This document shows, piece by piece, positions 61,826 to 64,000 of a DNA stretch of 64,000 bases. Location of the stretch: contig CAVYGB010000001.1 in the NCBI GenBank assembly GCA_963767925.1, forward strand, positions 295,085 through 359,084, given 5' to 3'. The stretch is from an uncultured delta proteobacterium. GTDB lineage: Bacteria > Myxococcota_A > Polyangia > Fen-1088. Position 1 is the stretch's first letter; each line of letters starts with the position of its first letter. The translations under genes were made by a program, and so were the position numbers. The notes below the pieces were generated by a model. It was not told the origin of the DNA. It saw only the letters and a list, made by a program, of their open reading frames with translations, and made no database searches.

Positions 61826-63430
61826 ATGCGCCTCCGCCTGTCGCCGATCGCCGCTTCCGCATTCGTGTTCCTGGCTGCCGCGTGCAGCCCCGACCCCGGA
61901 GCGCCGATCGACCCGGGACCCGGCGCCGCCGCCCCGCCCACGCAGCCCGGACGGCCGGCTCCGACGCCCCCCGCGCCGTCCCCGGGCGACCCGCCCGAGC
62001 CGGGACCTTCCGGCCCTCCCCCGGGCGTCGCGCCGCCGGCACCCGACCCCGGCCCGCCGCCTCCCAGCACGACGCTGCCTCCCGGCCCGCCTCCGTCCGG
62101 CGCGCCGACCGACCCGCCCCCGGCTGCCCCGCCTTCCAACCTGGCGGCGACGCCCCCCGACGAGCCGTTGCCGCCTTGCAAGCGCACCGTCCAGGTCGGC
62201 GGCGGCGGCCTCGGCGGCGCGATCGCCGCGGCCGCGCCCGGTGACTGTCTGATCGTCGCCGACGGCAACCACAGCGCGCCGACCATCACCGCCAAGGGGA
62301 CCGCCGAGGCGCCCATCGTCATCCGCGCCGCCAACCGGCTGCAGGCGGTGTTCAACGCCGGCAGCCTGCAATTCTCGGGCTCCGCGTACGTCGTCGTCGA
62401 GGGGTTCCGCTTCAGCGGGGGCGGCGGCATCCGCTTCGACAACAGCCGGAGCTGCCGGCTGAGCCGCTCGCGCGTCACCCTCGGCGGCGGCCACTGGATC
62501 GTCGTGGACGGCAACAGCGAGGGCAATCGCATCGACCGCAACGAGCTCGGGCCCAAGAACAGCGACGGCAACATGATCGGACCCACCGGGCAGTCGACGA
62601 AGACCCGCATCGACAGGAACTACCTCCACGACGTCAGCCCCGGCGGCAACGGCCGCGAGACCTTGCGGCTGGGCTGCTGCGGGGCCCAGGCCGACGCCCA
62701 CGACACCTTCAACGTCGTCGAGCACAACCTGCTGGTCAACTGCAGCGGCGAGGCCGAGATCATCACCGTCAAGAGCTCGAGCAACACCATCCGCTACAAC
62801 ACCTTCCGCAACTCGCGCGGCAACGTCACCCTGCGCGCGGGCAAGCGCGGGACGATTCACGGCAACTTCATGTTCGGCAACGGGATCCGCCTCTACGACG
62901 AGGACCACAAGGTGTTCAACAACTACGTCGAGGGCTCGCCCGGCCCGGCGATCATCGTCGGCAGCGGCCAGCCGCCCACCAACGCCCAGACCCGGCGGGC
63001 CTTCATCGTGCACAACACCCTGATCGGCACGGGCGCCCTGTTCGGGCACGGGCGCCGGCCGCTCGGCGATCTCGACACGACCTTCGCCAACAACATCATC
63101 CAGGCGCCCGGCGCCGCCATCAGCTACGCCACCCCCTCGCTGAGCCCGAAGTACCTGGGCAACATCGTGTTCGGCGGTCCCGTCGGGGTGGAGGCCGGTC
63201 CCGAGGCCTTCCGCGTGATCGACCCGCAGCTCGCGATGGGCGCCGGCGCCCTCGCCCCCGGTGCCGGCAGCCCGGCCCTCGACGCCGCCAGCGTGACCTT
63301 CCCCTTCGTCACCGACGACGTCCACGGCCAGCCCCGCGCCCAGCCCGACGTCGGCGCCGACGAGCTCTCCTCCGCGCCCGGCTCCAGCCGCCCCCTCACC
63401 CCCGCCGACGTGGGCCCCGACGCCCCCTGA
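61826..63430 (+). CDS. Secreted lipoprotein, polysaccharide lyase family 6-like right-handed beta-helix (alginate/chondroitin-B lyase type)
   Basis: Lipobox 'VFLAAACSP' and a Pro-rich linker. 'NGRETLRLG', 'GEAEIITVKSSSNTIRYNTFRNSRGNVTLRAGK' and repeated 'IDRN' turns. Confidence 0.75.
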   Translation: MRLRLSPIAASAFVFLAAACSPDPGAPIDPGPGAAAPPTQPGRPAPTPPAPSPGDPPEPGPSGPPPGVAPPAPDPGPPPPSTTLPPGPPPSGAPTDPPPAAPPSNLAATPPDEPLPPCKRTVQVGGGGLGGAIAAAAPGDCLIVADGNHSAPTITAKGTAEAPIVIRAANRLQAVFNAGSLQFSGSAYVVVEGFRFSGGGGIRFDNSRSCRLSRSRVTLGGGHWIVVDGNSEGNRIDRNELGPKNSDGNMIGPTGQSTKTRIDRNYLHDVSPGGNGRETLRLGCCGAQADAHDTFNVVEHNLLVNCSGEAEIITVKSSSNTIRYNTFRNSRGNVTLRAGKRGTIHGNFMFGNGIRLYDEDHKVFNNYVEGSPGPAIIVGSGQPPTNAQTRRAFIVHNTLIGTGALFGHGRRPLGDLDTTFANNIIQAPGAAISYATPSLSPKYLGNIVFGGPVGVEAGPEAFRVIDPQLAMGAGALAPGAGSPALDAASVTFPFVTDDVHGQPRAQPDVGADELSSAPGSSRPLTPADVGPDAP

Positions 63431-63558
63431 TCGGCGGCCGGCCCGGGATCGCGGCGTCGAGGGGGCCGCCGCGCGCGCCCGGGTGGGGCGACCGGCTACT
63501 CACCGCCCCTCGGCCCGCCGGGCCATGTGCTCGTGGGTCCCGGCGGGGCGACCGACTT

Positions 63559-63984
63559 TCACGACCCCTCGGCCCGCCGAGCAGCGTGCTCGCGGAGCAA
63601 GGCCGCCGTCTCGGTGTGGCCCTTCTCCTCGGCGATGTCCAGGGCGGAGCGGCCGTCACCCGCCAGGCGGGCCGGATCGGCCCCGCCGTCGAGCAGCCGC
63701 CGCGCGAGGTGGGTCCGGCCCAGGTACGCCGACCAGTAGAGCGACGTCGACCAGGGCACGTGCCACTGATCGATCGCCCGGTCGACCGAGCCCGGATCTT
63801 CGGCCAGCCGCGCCTCGACGTGCTCGGGCAGGTCGAAGCAGACGGCGTCGTCCAGGTCGACCGGGCAGTGGGCCCGCATCCACGCCGCCGGCCGCAGCCC
63901 GGCCCGGTGCGCCCCCCGCAGCTCCCTGGCTTGCCGCCTGAGCTGCTCGAGATCAGGTCGCTCGGGAAGAGCACGAAGCGCCAT
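63559..63984 (-). CDS. Ankyrin-repeat protein
   Basis: 'GRTHLARRLLDGGADPARLAGDGRSALDIAEEKGHTETAALL' is a canonical ANK repeat pair. Confidence 0.7.
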   Translation of the reverse strand: MALRALPERPDLEQLRRQARELRGAHRAGLRPAAWMRAHCPVDLDDAVCFDLPEHVEARLAEDPGSVDRAIDQWHVPWSTSLYWSAYLGRTHLARRLLDGGADPARLAGDGRSALDIAEEKGHTETAALLREHAARRAEGS

Positions 63985-64000
63985 GTGCCGCTCCTTTCAC

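Overview
This is a high-GC bacterial chromosome segment (GC judged by eye, not computed). It carries many lipoproteins with Gly/Ser/Ala- or Pro-rich linkers, PAS-rich kinases and secreted polysaccharide-active enzymes, a style I associate with Myxococcota (Sorangium/Polyangiaceae-like); that assignment is inference only. About 40 genes are supportable.

Backbone genes:
- a 5'-truncated oligopeptidase A
- an intact 2,907-aa cyclic beta-1,2-glucan-synthase-like gene
- a YihY/BrkB membrane protein
- a MetE-like protein
- a hybrid PAS/GAF histidine kinase
- an M32 carboxypeptidase
- a REC-EAL protein next to a NarL-type two-component pair
- archaeal-type aspS
- a cluster of secreted carbohydrate-active enzymes (GH43-like, CE1-like esterase, PL6 lyase)

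The accessory part lies at roughly 28.9-31.1 kb and 34.6-55.9 kb. Its main items:
1. A 1,422-aa orphan protein with an embedded 153-aa mini-intein-like (Hint/BIL) domain and a C-terminal hydrophobic glycine-zipper module. It is co-directional with an intact HepT/MntA toxin-antitoxin pair and a SWIM-SNF2 helicase.
2. A visibly lower-GC island holding a type I R-M operon that is dead in all three genes. Directly upstream sits an RtcR-like (CARF-type sensor plus sigma-54 AAA+) activator, divergently paired not with rtcBA but with a coiled-coil protein ending in a PD-(D/E)xK-like core.
3. A second HepT/MntA locus whose toxin is truncated exactly at the 3' end of a selO pseudogene carrying about ten frameshifts.
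4. A calpain-like protease/lipoprotein operon.

Several structured intergenic repeats and palindromes are also reported. No rRNA, tRNA, CRISPR array or intact transposase was found. All family assignments come from motif recognition by eye. No searches were run.
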